DNA of 61,076 nucleotides, filler included, from Stramenopiles sp. TOSAG23-3 (lineage: Eukaryota): NCBI GenBank assembly GCA_900128585.1. It is 17 parts of 17 records of this genome, joined end to end, with 100 filler letters (N's around TTAATTAATTAA, not from the genome) between each part and the next. Parts side by side here need not be neighbours in the genome. Positions count along the whole stretch, not along the records: positions 21,686 to 25,188 come from LT644186.1; positions 25,289 to 28,789 come from LT644187.1; positions 28,890 to 32,389 come from LT644188.1; positions 32,490 to 35,981 come from LT644189.1; 13 more parts are not named here. One strand, given 5' to 3'. Shown here piece after piece: positions 22,378 to 32,679 of this stretch (position 1 is its first letter; every line of letters starts with the position of its first letter). Below the pieces are notes generated by a model. The model had not been told where the DNA came from. It searched no databases and saw only the letters and a program-made list of their open reading frames with translations. The translations under genes were made by a program, and so were the position numbers.

Positions 22378-23544
22378 TCATTTGCTGACCAGATTCCCCC
22401 AGGCATCATCTAGCCACAGAATTTCGTCTGGGACGACCCGATCCGTCAAACGCTCTCGTAGGTCCATGGCCTTCTGGAATATTTTCTCCGAATCCGATTC
22501 CCGCGAATCCCAATCTTTTAACAGAGACCCATGCAAATCCAGCGCACGGGAATATACCATATCCCGCCTGGGTGACGGATGCGAGTGTTCTTCAAAAACT
22601 TCCGCTGCCGCCCTGTGCATCCCTTCCGCCGAAACGGCCTGTTCAGTCACGTGGTAGTACGCCCCCATCTGGGCCAAGATGCGACCTTTTGCGACCGCAA
22701 GGCCATCGGTTCCTTCTCCAGGGTGAACGGTTGTTTCTTCCCCTGCCGCAATCGATTCCATGGCAATTTTTAAATGCCCGATCGCCTCCTCCGGCTCCCG
22801 TGCCACGAGGCACACAACGCCAGCATTGCATCGTACGTGTGCCTTCAACAGCGGATCGGTGTTTTCCTCCACGTGTTCCACCGCTGCGTTCAAAAATTCC
22901 AAAGCGGTTGTGGGGGCGTCTTGCCCCCCTTCCAGCAATATTCCTCCCGCCATATTACTCAGCACCACTGGACTGGACGGCAGACCCTCGAGTATATACA
23001 TCCCTTCTGAAAATTCCCTTCCAGCCAGGTAGGCAGAGGCAAGGCAGACTTGCCCTTCCGTGGACTCTCGAAGGTGCTCTTCCAGTTCCCGAACGTTTTC
23101 TAGACGACCGGCCTGTAAGAAAAAACGGCCAAGTCGAAGTGCGTCGATCGTTGCGTCCACGTCGCCTACGGCCGAAGCAATAGTGGATCTCGCCAGGCTC
23201 TCGGCGTACGGGGACGTGGTATCAACGGTGTTACGAGCCGCAAAACAAAGGTTCAGCATCAACCTGTTCAGATAAATTACCTGCGGTGAGGTCTGTCCCA
23301 TGGCGTTGCTGCACACGGCAATCGTGCGCTCAATCTCTTGCTCTGCTTTCCCCCACTTTCTCGCCTTTATGAGAGCTAACCCATTTTCATACTCTGGGAT
23401 GAAAGAAAGCATCTCGGTAGTGGACCCATGAACGGCGTTTGGAACAAGTCCGGTATTGTACTGACGTTGGCCCGCTCTGAGTTTCTTAACGCCCTTGGTG
23501 GCAAAGCCGCGCAAGAGTTGGCAGTTGAAAACCTGGGATCGCAT
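22378..23544 (-). CDS. TPR-like helical protein, probably mitochondrial
   Basis: Arg-rich transit-like N-terminus MRSQVFNCQLLRGFATK; TPR-like helices such as CNAGVVCLVAREPEEAIGHLKIA. Confidence 0.65.
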   Translation of the reverse strand: MRSQVFNCQLLRGFATKGVKKLRAGQRQYNTGLVPNAVHGSTTEMLSFIPEYENGLALIKARKWGKAEQEIERTIAVCSNAMGQTSPQVIYLNRLMLNLCFAARNTVDTTSPYAESLARSTIASAVGDVDATIDALRLGRFFLQAGRLENVRELEEHLRESTEGQVCLASAYLAGREFSEGMYILEGLPSSPVVLSNMAGGILLEGGQDAPTTALEFLNAAVEHVEENTDPLLKAHVRCNAGVVCLVAREPEEAIGHLKIAMESIAAGEETTVHPGEGTDGLAVAKGRILAQMGAYYHVTEQAVSAEGMHRAAAEVFEEHSHPSPRRDMVYSRALDLHGSLLKDWDSRESDSEKIFQKAMDLRERLTDRVVPDEILWLDDAWGNLVSK

Positions 23545-24025
23545 TTTGGTAAGACAATGACTGTGCTCCACCTCAACGTTGCAATAGATTTGTATTTTGT
23601 GATATGCGTGTTTTGTGAGTATGAGGTGACCGTACATGCAACCTATTTTCCTTCCGATTAATGTTGAACCATGTTATATTATTTTACGTACGTTCGATAT
23701 TGTTGGCGTCAAGCCTCGTCCCATCCCTACCTCTTCCCCTGTGGTCGGTGGTGGTTTGTGATACCGGGAACGTATCGGTACTGCTGGTTCCTTAGTGGGA
23801 GTAAGAAGTCTTAGTACTTAAAAGGAAATTATAAAATGAGTTTGAAACACCAGGCATACTGTGCATTTCTTTGAACAATCAAAGAACAAGATACTTTCTT
23901 TTTAAAAATTAAATTTTATATTTCAGGATTCAGGTTTTAATTCACCAATTTTTCCCTGCTGGTGGACTCGATTCTTCCTTTTCTTCAATACATTATCGAA
24001 AGCTCACTCTTCCTCTTCTTGGAGT

Positions 24026-24928
24026 TTACAGCTGTGGTTGGTTGGGTTGTTGTTGCAAGCCTGGTCCTCCTGCGCCAGTTCCACTTGGCTGTTGTTGCTG
24101 GTTCCCTGGTTGAAACAAGACAGCCTTTAAATCAATCAAAAACCGCTTTGCGGCCTGGTCGCTATCGAGCAATTGGGAAAATGTGTCGTCTTGGAGTGCC
24201 TCTGGCAAGCACTGGCGAAGGGCCTCCCTTGCTCGGATGTTGTTCGACAGACGAGAGTAGCATCGGATGATGTGTTTCAGCAAACGGGGGGAAGGGTGCT
24301 CCGACAGGACGTTGACCATGTTGCTCAAGACAGTGCTCACCGCGTAAAATCGTTCGGGGGTGTGGCATATGTAGTTTAGCCCGGACTCATCCAAAAGTAT
24401 TTTCTGCACAATAAAGGTTGCTACTGTTTTCGACAATTCGTTCCCGGTCTCCATATTTCGGAGGCAGAGCGGGATGATTTCCGTTTGCAGCAAAAAGTTT
24501 ATTACGTCCGAGTCGTTTATTTTCACCAATGCCCCGATGACCCCTAAGCTCGTGAGCCTCAAGTACTCGAACGGCCGCGACTTGTGGACGGTGTTCAAGA
24601 ACGGGTACAAGTACAATGGTAGGTGGGAGCTCAAAAACAAAGACCGCGTGTCCGCGTGGGAGGCAATGCACTGGAGCAGGGCCAAGGCGTTGCAGACCCG
24701 GTTGGACGCGTGGGCCGTCAAGGTCGCCGGGGACAACAAAGGGTAAATCGCAACAATTTCCTGCAGAATGGCCGCGATGGTGCCGAACGAGTGCCATAGG
24801 ATAGGCGCAAGGTCTGGGAACTGCTCCCTCCGTTTCGACAGGTCAATCAAAGCACTCTCCCGCTGTTTCGGGTTCGTTAATTCTAAGACTAGCGGGTACA
24901 GAACCGCGTGCGCATCGTGCCCACTCAT
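24026..24928 (-). CDS. CNOT9: CCR4-NOT subunit 9 (Rcd1/Caf40)
   Basis: [66 protein letters not shown]. Confidence 0.97.
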   Translation of the reverse strand: MSGHDAHAVLYPLVLELTNPKQRESALIDLSKRREQFPDLAPILWHSFGTIAAILQEIVAIYPLLSPATLTAHASNRVCNALALLQCIASHADTRSLFLSSHLPLYLYPFLNTVHKSRPFEYLRLTSLGVIGALVKINDSDVINFLLQTEIIPLCLRNMETGNELSKTVATFIVQKILLDESGLNYICHTPERFYAVSTVLSNMVNVLSEHPSPRLLKHIIRCYSRLSNNIRAREALRQCLPEALQDDTFSQLLDSDQAAKRFLIDLKAVLFQPGNQQQQPSGTGAGGPGLQQQPNQPQL

Positions 24929-25288
24929 GTTTTACAACAACAAAAAAACGAAAACGGGAATCCAATGAGAAAAATCTAAAATGTTTCACGATAATTACTA
25001 ACTTATGCTTTGCTTAAGAAATGAGAAAAAAAACTAAAAAGAATTACTACCATAACTCTCGCTCCTTACTAAAACTTCTTCTTCTTCTATAAGAAGAAGG
25101 AAGGTAGCCTCCTCCTCCTTGCCTCCTCTCCTCCTGTGATGCATCCATCCATCCTTCTTCTCAATCCTCAAAACAACATTCAAAAATANNNNNNNNNNNN
25201 NNNNNNNNNNNNNNNNNNNNNNNNNNNNNNNNTTAATTAATTAANNNNNNNNNNNNNNNNNNNNNNNNNNNNNNNNNNNNNNNNNNNN

Positions 25289-27985
25289 GTTAGTGGGGCG
25301 TCCAAAAGTAGCATGCTTTGGGACTGGGTAATCAGGTCGGGAGGCGAAGCGTCTAAAGTAGCGCTGGAACCCGTAAAAGTGTTTGGGCGCGGTCTGCGCG
25401 CGCAGGGCAAAATATATAAAGGCGACAACGTTGTGGTTGTCGACGAGTCTTGCGTTATGAGGCTCTCAATGGCTCTGTCGCGTTACCCTTCCCTTCTGCG
25501 AATATACAAAGAATGGACTTCCACAGCGGACAGCAAGAATTACATGAAAAATCGCGCGCCTCAGCTTCAAGAAAAAGCCATTCTTGCTATGTTTCTTCTT
25601 GAAGAGACTGCGGCAGGGGCAAGTTCATTCTTTTATCCTTATATTCAATTGTTGCCCGAGAAAATAGAGTACGTCCCTGTTGCCTGGGACCCTTCCAAAG
25701 ACGCAGAATTGTTCCAAGGGTCCCATATGGTTCCCGCTTTAGAAACTCGGAGGAAAGAGATCGCAGAAGAATTCGCGAGAGGAATTTCGACAGTTGTGCC
25801 GGAATACAGCACCAGATTTACAACCGAGCGATATCAATGGGCTCGATTAATTGTTTCGACCCGGGCGTTTCGTATATTTCCAAACGGTCAATTGACAGTG
25901 GACGAGAAACGGACTCAAAGCGAAAATAGCAACATTGCACTCGTCCCTATTGCGGACCTAGCAAACCATCATGACACGGCATCTCAGACAGACTGGACGT
26001 ATAATGTGAACATGAAAGCGTTTACTATGACCGCGAACATGAATATACGAAAAAGTGAGCAGGTCTTTGACAGTTACGGGCACAAGAACAATTTTGATTT
26101 TCTTTTGAACTTCGGATTCACTCTGGACAACGATAGAAACGTCTTGTATTTTTTTATAATGAAAGGCGACAAGGGCATGTACGTGCCAGCAACACGGGCG
26201 GCGTCACGGACACCATCTGCTCCCTCTTGGATACAGGACAGCGGGAAGAGCACAATTACCATGAAAAGTGTTCTTGAATACGGCTATCTGCGAAAATTTC
26301 TTCTGGAAGCGAGTGTGAACCACCAACTTTTCAACTTGCTCCTGGACCTGCGGGACAGTGCATTGGATGATCCGGAATGGTGGAATCACCCTGGTCAATA
26401 CGCGCTTACATTTTTAAACAACAAGTTGGCGGCAATGCGACAAACGTACGGTACTACTACTGAGGCGGATCTGGAATCTATCCAAGACATGGAGGCACGC
26501 CCAAACGATCATCCGCACGGCCAGTACATCAATGCTTACAAGTTGCGCGTTGGTGAAAAAAAGGTTATAAAATGGCTTCAAGATTTTACGAGAAAAAACT
26601 TAAAGTTTTACCAAGCTTTCCCCGCTCTATCAAAAGTCGTTATACAGGGACCGATGGAAGACAAACAGGTCCTCTCAAACCTTATGATCGCTGATTCTGA
26701 TCTGTGGAAAGTCGAGAAGGGCGACGTTAAAATCGGAAGCGCAGTGCTCTCCCGATGGCAAAATGGCAGAACGTATTACGAGGCAACTGTAGTGAACGTA
26801 AACGAGGACGACACGGTGAATTTGTTCTACTGGGATGGCGACAAAGAAGATTCTATTGCATTAAAAAACTTAGCTTGGTTGAGTAAGTATGGAACGCACC
26901 GTCGGTCCACGATGGGAACGCTGGCGGAGGTAGTGTTGAAACGAATTAAAGTAAAACTTGGAAATATAGAAAACGATTGTTTTACTTTTCATAAAAGAAA
27001 AGATTTTTGGTCGTACGAGTTTTGCCCAGGTAGACATATAAGTCAGTACCACGAAGACCCAAAGAAGAAGGGCGAGAAATTGCAAATTATCCGCCTTGGA
27101 ACGTATGACGACAGACCTGCCAACAGCATGTTAAAGAGTAGTTCTCACGATGCACTCCAAGATTGGTACACCATGGGCGATGGAGGCAGGGTAGCAACTG
27201 TCCTATATATTTGCGTCCCAAGCTCTAACAAAAGGTTAAGGGAACTTGGTTATTCCATCGTTGGTCCTAAGATCGTGGAAAAGCAAACGACCGCCCCAGA
27301 AGAAACGATAAGGATTACGATAGAGAAAATTGACTTTGGTGCGTATAGACACCCATCCGTAGAGGAAATGATATCTGAGCCGCCTAATCCAGTGTTTGAA
27401 ATATCTGTGAATGCAGCGGCAGGAGTGTTAGCTTATATGATTCGGCAGCACTACGGATACGAAGTCGATACTGAAATTGTCTTATTTAGTTCGGGACGTA
27501 AAAATTTAGTTTACGATGAGCCGCTTTCGCGGCATGAGAAAAATTTCGTGTTTTTTTCCACCCCCAAATATCCCTCGGGCACAGAGTACGAACACCAGCC
27601 GCAATACGAAACAAATGCTGGTCCCTCTAACATATTCACCCCCCCTTACCAGGGCGCAGATAATCGCCTACTTAATGTCACAGAACCGTCTGCAAAGACA
27701 TACCAACTAGTATTCGCATCCCCATTGGTGTGTGTATTCGATATTGCAAAACATCATGCGATCCGAACAGGCGCTTTCGCTGGGTTTTCGAACCCACACG
27801 ACTCAGGAGTTGTCGCCGGTGACTTTGGTCATGCCAAGATGCGGAAGAAAGGCATCACTGACAGTGAGTATAAATCAGGTCATATCACGAGTGTCAACGC
27901 TGACGGTTCCCTCTCGTTTCAGTACGACAACGGAGTGTACGAGGAAACAGTTTCTGCTCAAGACATTTTAGTAGATTTAAAATAG
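25289..27985 (+). CDS. SETD3/Rubisco-LSMT-type SET methyltransferase fused to Tudor-like and MRH (OS-9/PRKCSH-like) domains; possibly 5'-truncated
   Basis: GRGLRA, VSTRAF, LVPIADLANHH, QVFDSYG...LLNFGF (SET); VLSRWQNGRTYYEATVV...YWDGDKE (Tudor-like); FWSYEFCPGRHISQYHE (MRH). Confidence 0.8.
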   Translation, partial: VSGASKSSMLWDWVIRSGGEASKVALEPVKVFGRGLRAQGKIYKGDNVVVVDESCVMRLSMALSRYPSLLRIYKEWTSTADSKNYMKNRAPQLQEKAILAMFLLEETAAGASSFFYPYIQLLPEKIEYVPVAWDPSKDAELFQGSHMVPALETRRKEIAEEFARGISTVVPEYSTRFTTERYQWARLIVSTRAFRIFPNGQLTVDEKRTQSENSNIALVPIADLANHHDTASQTDWTYNVNMKAFTMTANMNIRKSEQVFDSYGHKNNFDFLLNFGFTLDNDRNVLYFFIMKGDKGMYVPATRAASRTPSAPSWIQDSGKSTITMKSVLEYGYLRKFLLEASVNHQLFNLLLDLRDSALDDPEWWNHPGQYALTFLNNKLAAMRQTYGTTTEADLESIQDMEARPNDHPHGQYINAYKLRVGEKKVIKWLQDFTRKNLKFYQAFPALSKVVIQGPMEDKQVLSNLMIADSDLWKVEKGDVKIGSAVLSRWQNGRTYYEATVVNVNEDDTVNLFYWDGDKEDSIALKNLAWLSKYGTHRRSTMGTLAEVVLKRIKVKLGNIENDCFTFHKRKDFWSYEFCPGRHISQYHEDPKKKGEKLQIIRLGTYDDRPANSMLKSSSHDALQDWYTMGDGGRVATVLYICVPSSNKRLRELGYSIVGPKIVEKQTTAPEETIRITIEKIDFGAYRHPSVEEMISEPPNPVFEISVNAAAGVLAYMIRQHYGYEVDTEIVLFSSGRKNLVYDEPLSRHEKNFVFFSTPKYPSGTEYEHQPQYETNAGPSNIFTPPYQGADNRLLNVTEPSAKTYQLVFASPLVCVFDIAKHHAIRTGAFAGFSNPHDSGVVAGDFGHAKMRKKGITDSEYKSGHITSVNADGSLSFQYDNGVYEETVSAQDILVDLK

Positions 27986-28212
27986 TTCGTAGAAAATGGG
28001 TATCGTAGAAAATGGGTATCAGTCATGTTCATTTGCAGTCAGTCATGTTAATTTTATTTTTTTTCAGTCATGTTCTGTTTAGTTGACCGCAACTCTTTTT
28101 TTTGTCCCCACTCCCCTTCCTAAATCGTACACTTACGTTTATTTAGAGGAGAGTATTTGCTTTTGAAAATATTTTTTGAATGAAAATACATGTTTAGAAA
28201 CGTCGTATAATC

Positions 28213-28563
28213 TTAACTTCCAAAATTATCAATCGCAGTGTTCAATCGCGCTTTCATCAGCATGGGGACAGCCTTCTGAAAAATGTTGATATCCGGATCA
28301 AGTTGCCGGCCCAGTCCCTCTAACAGAATGATGCTAAGGACCAAATTTGTAAACGCACTATCCAGTTGAATCTGATTTTTACGAACAAGATTCAACACTT
28401 CACTCAATACAGACCCAATTTTTACTTCGCTAAGTTTAAAATGTTCTACGTTGTTGACAACGCTTTCCATCCCGCGAAGAAATGCTTCTGGGTCATCGCA
28501 ATTGTGATTTTTAGCCTGCTCAAGCATTAGCATCCCCACTCTCCACCCACGCAGCCCAAACAC
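28213..28563 (-). pseudogene. C-terminal fragment of an ABC1/UbiB (ADCK2-like) atypical kinase
   Basis: IGSVLSEVLNLVRKNQIQLDSAFTNLVLSIILLEGLGRQLDPDINIF. No kinase core is visible upstream within the contig; it could instead be a terminal exon. Confidence 0.6.
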
Positions 28564-28890
28564 TTTGGCGTTTATACTACTATGTAGGTATATTTAAATG
28601 GAGACGAAGGAGAATATATCTTGATTCGTTTATGGACCAATTGGATATTGACAAACCAAAACAAAACACACGAACAGATATCCCTACAATCGTAATAGTT
28701 ACAACCGAGAGATAGTTTGGTTTACTCATACTTTGGCGTGTACATATATTATAGCCATGGCGGCAGAGGAAGTAACGACCCCGAGCCTCNNNNNNNNNNN
28801 NNNNNNNNNNNNNNNNNNNNNNNNNNNNNNNNNTTAATTAATTAANNNNNNNNNNNNNNNNNNNNNNNNNNNNNNNNNNNNNNNNNNNNA

Positions 28891-31284
28891 CGAAAAGCAG
28901 GCATGATAGACATGATTATGGTGACTTCTACGGACGGGACGGAGTGCCGCGCATACCGTTTGTCAAGAAAAGGCCATGGGTTCTTAAAAGATAGTGAGGA
29001 TGTAACCGAACAGATGAGAAAAGATGTGGATGAATTTATGCACGCGCCTGGGTTTGATCCAAACGACAAAAACAGCGCCCTTTTAGAAGTGTTTTGGGAC
29101 CAAAACAATGGATCCTTCGAGATTGTAAACCACAACAAAAAGTACGCTCGCAAATCAACAGTAAATGTTCTGGAAGATATCAGCTACGTTTGTTCCCCGT
29201 ATTTCCCTCAATCGTCTAGAGATAATAATATACTTATAGCAGAAACAGACTCGACAGCGCTGCCAACAAACCAAGACATCGCCGCAGAGACAGTTAATAT
29301 CTGCCACGACACAAGAGGGGATAATATTAGGGACGAGGCAGAAGAAATCTTAAAAGCCGACGATGTCAACATTCTTATCGGGGAATGGATCCCCTTCGGG
29401 CCAAATATCCTCGCATACTTGAACGAGAGGTTCGGTTCTGTTGAGCACACCAGCGGTGGCATATTTTCAAATTTTGTCGATCGAGCCCCCCAGGGAACAA
29501 TATTGAATCGGAAATGTGAAAAGAGCATTTGTTACTTGAATAGGGTAATTCACCACAACTGCTCCCGCCACATAAAGTTTACCTCAATTGTTTGTCCAAA
29601 AACGTTTGAAAAAGAAATCGTCCAATTAAATGAATTTGGTGTCAATGCCAACAGGGATGGTTCCATAGTGTACGGTCTAAAAGTAGAGTCCACCGAAGAT
29701 AGACTTTTGAATGGGATAAGCATGAGCCACATAAGCAGGCTTCTGGTTGACGCGCTACGAGACTCTTCAAAGGTCGCTGACAACTTAGTGACCAGTTACC
29801 AACGAAGCCTGATTAATTGCTTGTATTCTGGAGCCCCAGAATATCGCCAAAAGTATACCGTAATTATGGCTAAGTCCTTAGAACCAATGATGCTCTCCGA
29901 AAAATATATGGACGAAGCCGAATATGAAAACGAAATTAAGCAAATTGTTGGAGAGACATACTCCGCATTTGATTTAAAAGACAGGGAAATGATATTTTTT
30001 GGGCGGGACGGTTTGCTGATTGTGGGCAAACATATTCCACGGCACGAAGAAATGCTACTCTCGTACCTGACGCTACTGAGCAGGGAGAGAGCACTCAGGG
30101 TATTTTTTTCTAGGTCCTGCTTTTTCGGGAATGTTATGAAAGCCATTCGAGGTTTGTTAGTAAAGTACGACGAAGACCCAGGCTCATTAACGAAAATTCG
30201 AAAGCTGTGCCAGACCTCCAAACAAGACCTACTTCTCATGGACGAGATATTGACGTACATCAACGAGTCGTTTGCAAATTTTTCATACTGTAAGCCCCTG
30301 CAGCAAGACAAAGGAAGCTTAAGACTGAGCCAGCTTCTTAACATTCCAGAGTTATTGCAAGATTTAAAAGAGCGAACGACCGACTTGTTAAAAAATGTTT
30401 CTGCGTACAAAGAAGAGCTGTTGGCGTTAGAACGGGTGTGTCAACAACACCATGACTTCCAGAACGAAGAGTGGCATAAAAGAAGGGCCGGCTCTCCGGA
30501 TGCAATTATTGACCTGTTTCAACTCGGGCAGACCGTATCAAGCAGGTTGCAAAGTACCACGATCATTTTGTTCGGGATATTTTTATTTGCAGTCGTTGAC
30601 AGTGGTTGGACAGTGCACGTCACTGGCGCATCCGACTCCATGGTAAAGTCTTATATCATGACGATTTTGGCAGTTAGCAGTGAAAGCATACTGAATTTGG
30701 GGTACCTGGGCTTTTGGTTACTCCTGGCGATTATAATTTACTTTGCAACCAGGGTAACAAGATCGCACGACCGTGGCACGTTAAAAATCGACTTTTTGGT
30801 CAATAAATTTATTGACTTGGAAAGGCTAGAGCTCTTTTTTTCGTTGAAGAAGGTTTCTAGAGAAACGACCTCCACCAATCATTACCAACGAATAAGGCTG
30901 GTTTCATGGGTTGAGAAAGACAAGAGCATATGGTTAGGAAAGACCCCTCGGTTTGAAATTACATACGACAAAAAGAACAAGTATTTGCTGCATGCCTCGA
31001 TAACTATACCAAAGAACAATGGTGTGTGGAAGGAAGAAAACATACAAAAGAGGCTTCTGAGTGACCTTGAGCACTGCAAAGTCTTTGTTGACGATGTTGA
31101 ACGGGAGCCTTGGAAGGACGAGAAGAAAAGCATTTTTGAAAGAATCATGCTCCAGCGCAAAGCAAAGTCCCCCGATGGCGCTATCGTCGAAATTGGACGT
31201 CACATGGCGGATGCCGAGGAGAGCATAAAAGAAAACCACACTTTGATGACGAAGGTTAACCACGAAATTGTTGGGACAAAATAA
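28891..31284 (+). CDS. Uncharacterised protein with long helices and two C-terminal TM segments; 5'-truncated
   Basis: ORF of 793+ aa open to the contig edge. Coiled helices followed by two hydrophobic segments give a loosely CorA-like topology, but there is no GMN motif. Confidence 0.65.
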   Translation, partial: RKAGMIDMIMVTSTDGTECRAYRLSRKGHGFLKDSEDVTEQMRKDVDEFMHAPGFDPNDKNSALLEVFWDQNNGSFEIVNHNKKYARKSTVNVLEDISYVCSPYFPQSSRDNNILIAETDSTALPTNQDIAAETVNICHDTRGDNIRDEAEEILKADDVNILIGEWIPFGPNILAYLNERFGSVEHTSGGIFSNFVDRAPQGTILNRKCEKSICYLNRVIHHNCSRHIKFTSIVCPKTFEKEIVQLNEFGVNANRDGSIVYGLKVESTEDRLLNGISMSHISRLLVDALRDSSKVADNLVTSYQRSLINCLYSGAPEYRQKYTVIMAKSLEPMMLSEKYMDEAEYENEIKQIVGETYSAFDLKDREMIFFGRDGLLIVGKHIPRHEEMLLSYLTLLSRERALRVFFSRSCFFGNVMKAIRGLLVKYDEDPGSLTKIRKLCQTSKQDLLLMDEILTYINESFANFSYCKPLQQDKGSLRLSQLLNIPELLQDLKERTTDLLKNVSAYKEELLALERVCQQHHDFQNEEWHKRRAGSPDAIIDLFQLGQTVSSRLQSTTIILFGIFLFAVVDSGWTVHVTGASDSMVKSYIMTILAVSSESILNLGYLGFWLLLAIIIYFATRVTRSHDRGTLKIDFLVNKFIDLERLELFFSLKKVSRETTSTNHYQRIRLVSWVEKDKSIWLGKTPRFEITYDKKNKYLLHASITIPKNNGVWKEENIQKRLLSDLEHCKVFVDDVEREPWKDEKKSIFERIMLQRKAKSPDGAIVEIGRHMADAEESIKENHTLMTKVNHEIVGTK

Positions 31285-31338
31285 AAAATAAATGTTTTTT
31301 CTGAAGCTTCTTTTTAAAAAATACGACCTTTTACATCT

Positions 31339-31845
31339 ATTCAGACCATAAATGGAGTACATCTGAGAATGATAGTCAATACTAAAAGTGACAAGTGTAT
31401 ATCGATTAGTCAGACCAAAAGAGCAAAGATAGATTTCAGTTCGCAGTACATTAATTTTACTTATACTTTAAATAACAGCCAATTTTCTTGTGTTTTAAAA
31501 TTAAAAAGAAAACACAAATATAATATAATATCATAATATTAATTTAAATTAACAGCTTCTTTTTTTCTTTTTTTTTATATAATTACTCTAAAATAACAGC
31601 CAATTTTCTTGTTTTAATTAACAGCTACCGATTCGGATCATGCATGGAGAACATCTGAGATTGATAGCCAAGACTTCAGTGACAAGAGGGTATATCGATT
31701 TTAGTAAAACCACAAGAGCAAAGATAAGTTCGCAGTACATGAAGGAATGTAAACCTTGAATGTCTAAATTTAGAGTTCAGTTCGCAGTGTACATTAATTT
31801 TAATTACTTAAATAACAGCCAATATTCTTGTTTTAATTAACAGTT
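31339..31845 (+). repeat. Diverged duplication of a ~150-bp noncoding unit plus three AATAACAGCCAATWTTCTTG motifs
   Basis: ATGGAGwACATCTGAGA...AGTGACAAG...TATATCGATT...AAGAGCAAAGATA...GTTCGCAGTACAT occurs at about 31352 and 31644. The motif starts at 31471, 31592 and 31811. Confidence 0.85.
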
Positions 31846-31857
31846 TTCATTTTGCTT

Positions 31858-32388
31858 TTAAAAAGAAAACACTGCCAACAGCAAGACCAAACATTTGAGC
31901 AAAACAAATTCCCCAGGGACGTTTTTGCAGGCGGCGCCCAACTCATCCTCTACGTATCGCAATTTCTTCTTGCCCACGCCGCAAACACGGTCCAATGATG
32001 CGGTCCCTTCTGCAAGCTCTTTCTCCAGCCCGCTGCACTTACTCCATTCCCAGCACTCTTCCAAGTTTGTTGCATTCGTAAACATTCCAGAGCCGCACGC
32101 GGTGCACGCGCGGTTCGCAGTATGCGACCCTACTCGAGAAATGTACGTGCCGGCAGAACAGTTCGCCCATACCTTGCACAATTTTTCGTTCGCGATGACG
32201 GAGAATTTTCCGGACCCACAGTCTGCGCATACCCGGTCCGTCTCGCTCGTTCCCTCTGTTGCGACAAACTGTCCACCTAAGCAATTGCTCCATGCTGTAC
32301 ATGCGGAAGTTGACGAAGCAAATGTCGCGTTTTTGCAGATTGGGATATTCGTTGGGAAAACCGGGGCAGCAGTACTTGTTGACGCGCT
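31858..32388 (-). CDS. TNFR-like Cys-rich repeat surface protein, 3' fragment with hydrophobic tail (possible GPI signal)
   Basis: Repeats CxxWxxC...GTxxxDRVC...CGSGxF; ends FVLLKCLVLLLAVFSF. Confidence 0.75.
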   Translation of the reverse strand, partial: SASTSTAAPVFPTNIPICKNATFASSTSACTAWSNCLGGQFVATEGTSETDRVCADCGSGKFSVIANEKLCKVWANCSAGTYISRVGSHTANRACTACGSGMFTNATNLEECWEWSKCSGLEKELAEGTASLDRVCGVGKKKLRYVEDELGAACKNVPGEFVLLKCLVLLLAVFSF

Positions 32389-32489
32389 CNNNNNNNNNNN
32401 NNNNNNNNNNNNNNNNNNNNNNNNNNNNNNNNNTTAATTAATTAANNNNNNNNNNNNNNNNNNNNNNNNNNNNNNNNNNNNNNNNNNNN

Positions 32490-32679
32490 AAAACGTTCCG
32501 CACAGCAAAGCCAGGGATGCCCCTGTCGCCGTGATTGTCACTATAGTGAGTTGGAATTTCCACTCGGCAAGGGAACACAAATAGAGCCCCCACCCCGCGA
32601 TCATTAACCCAACTAAGCAGAGAAGGACATTGAACAGGCGGTTGAGAGAGTTGAGTTTCGAAACACAACAAGAGCACAT
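32490..32679 (-). CDS. Tetraspanin-like protein, N-terminal fragment
   Basis: MCSCC...LFNVLLCLVGLMIAGWGLY, then a second TM helix. Confidence 0.6.
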
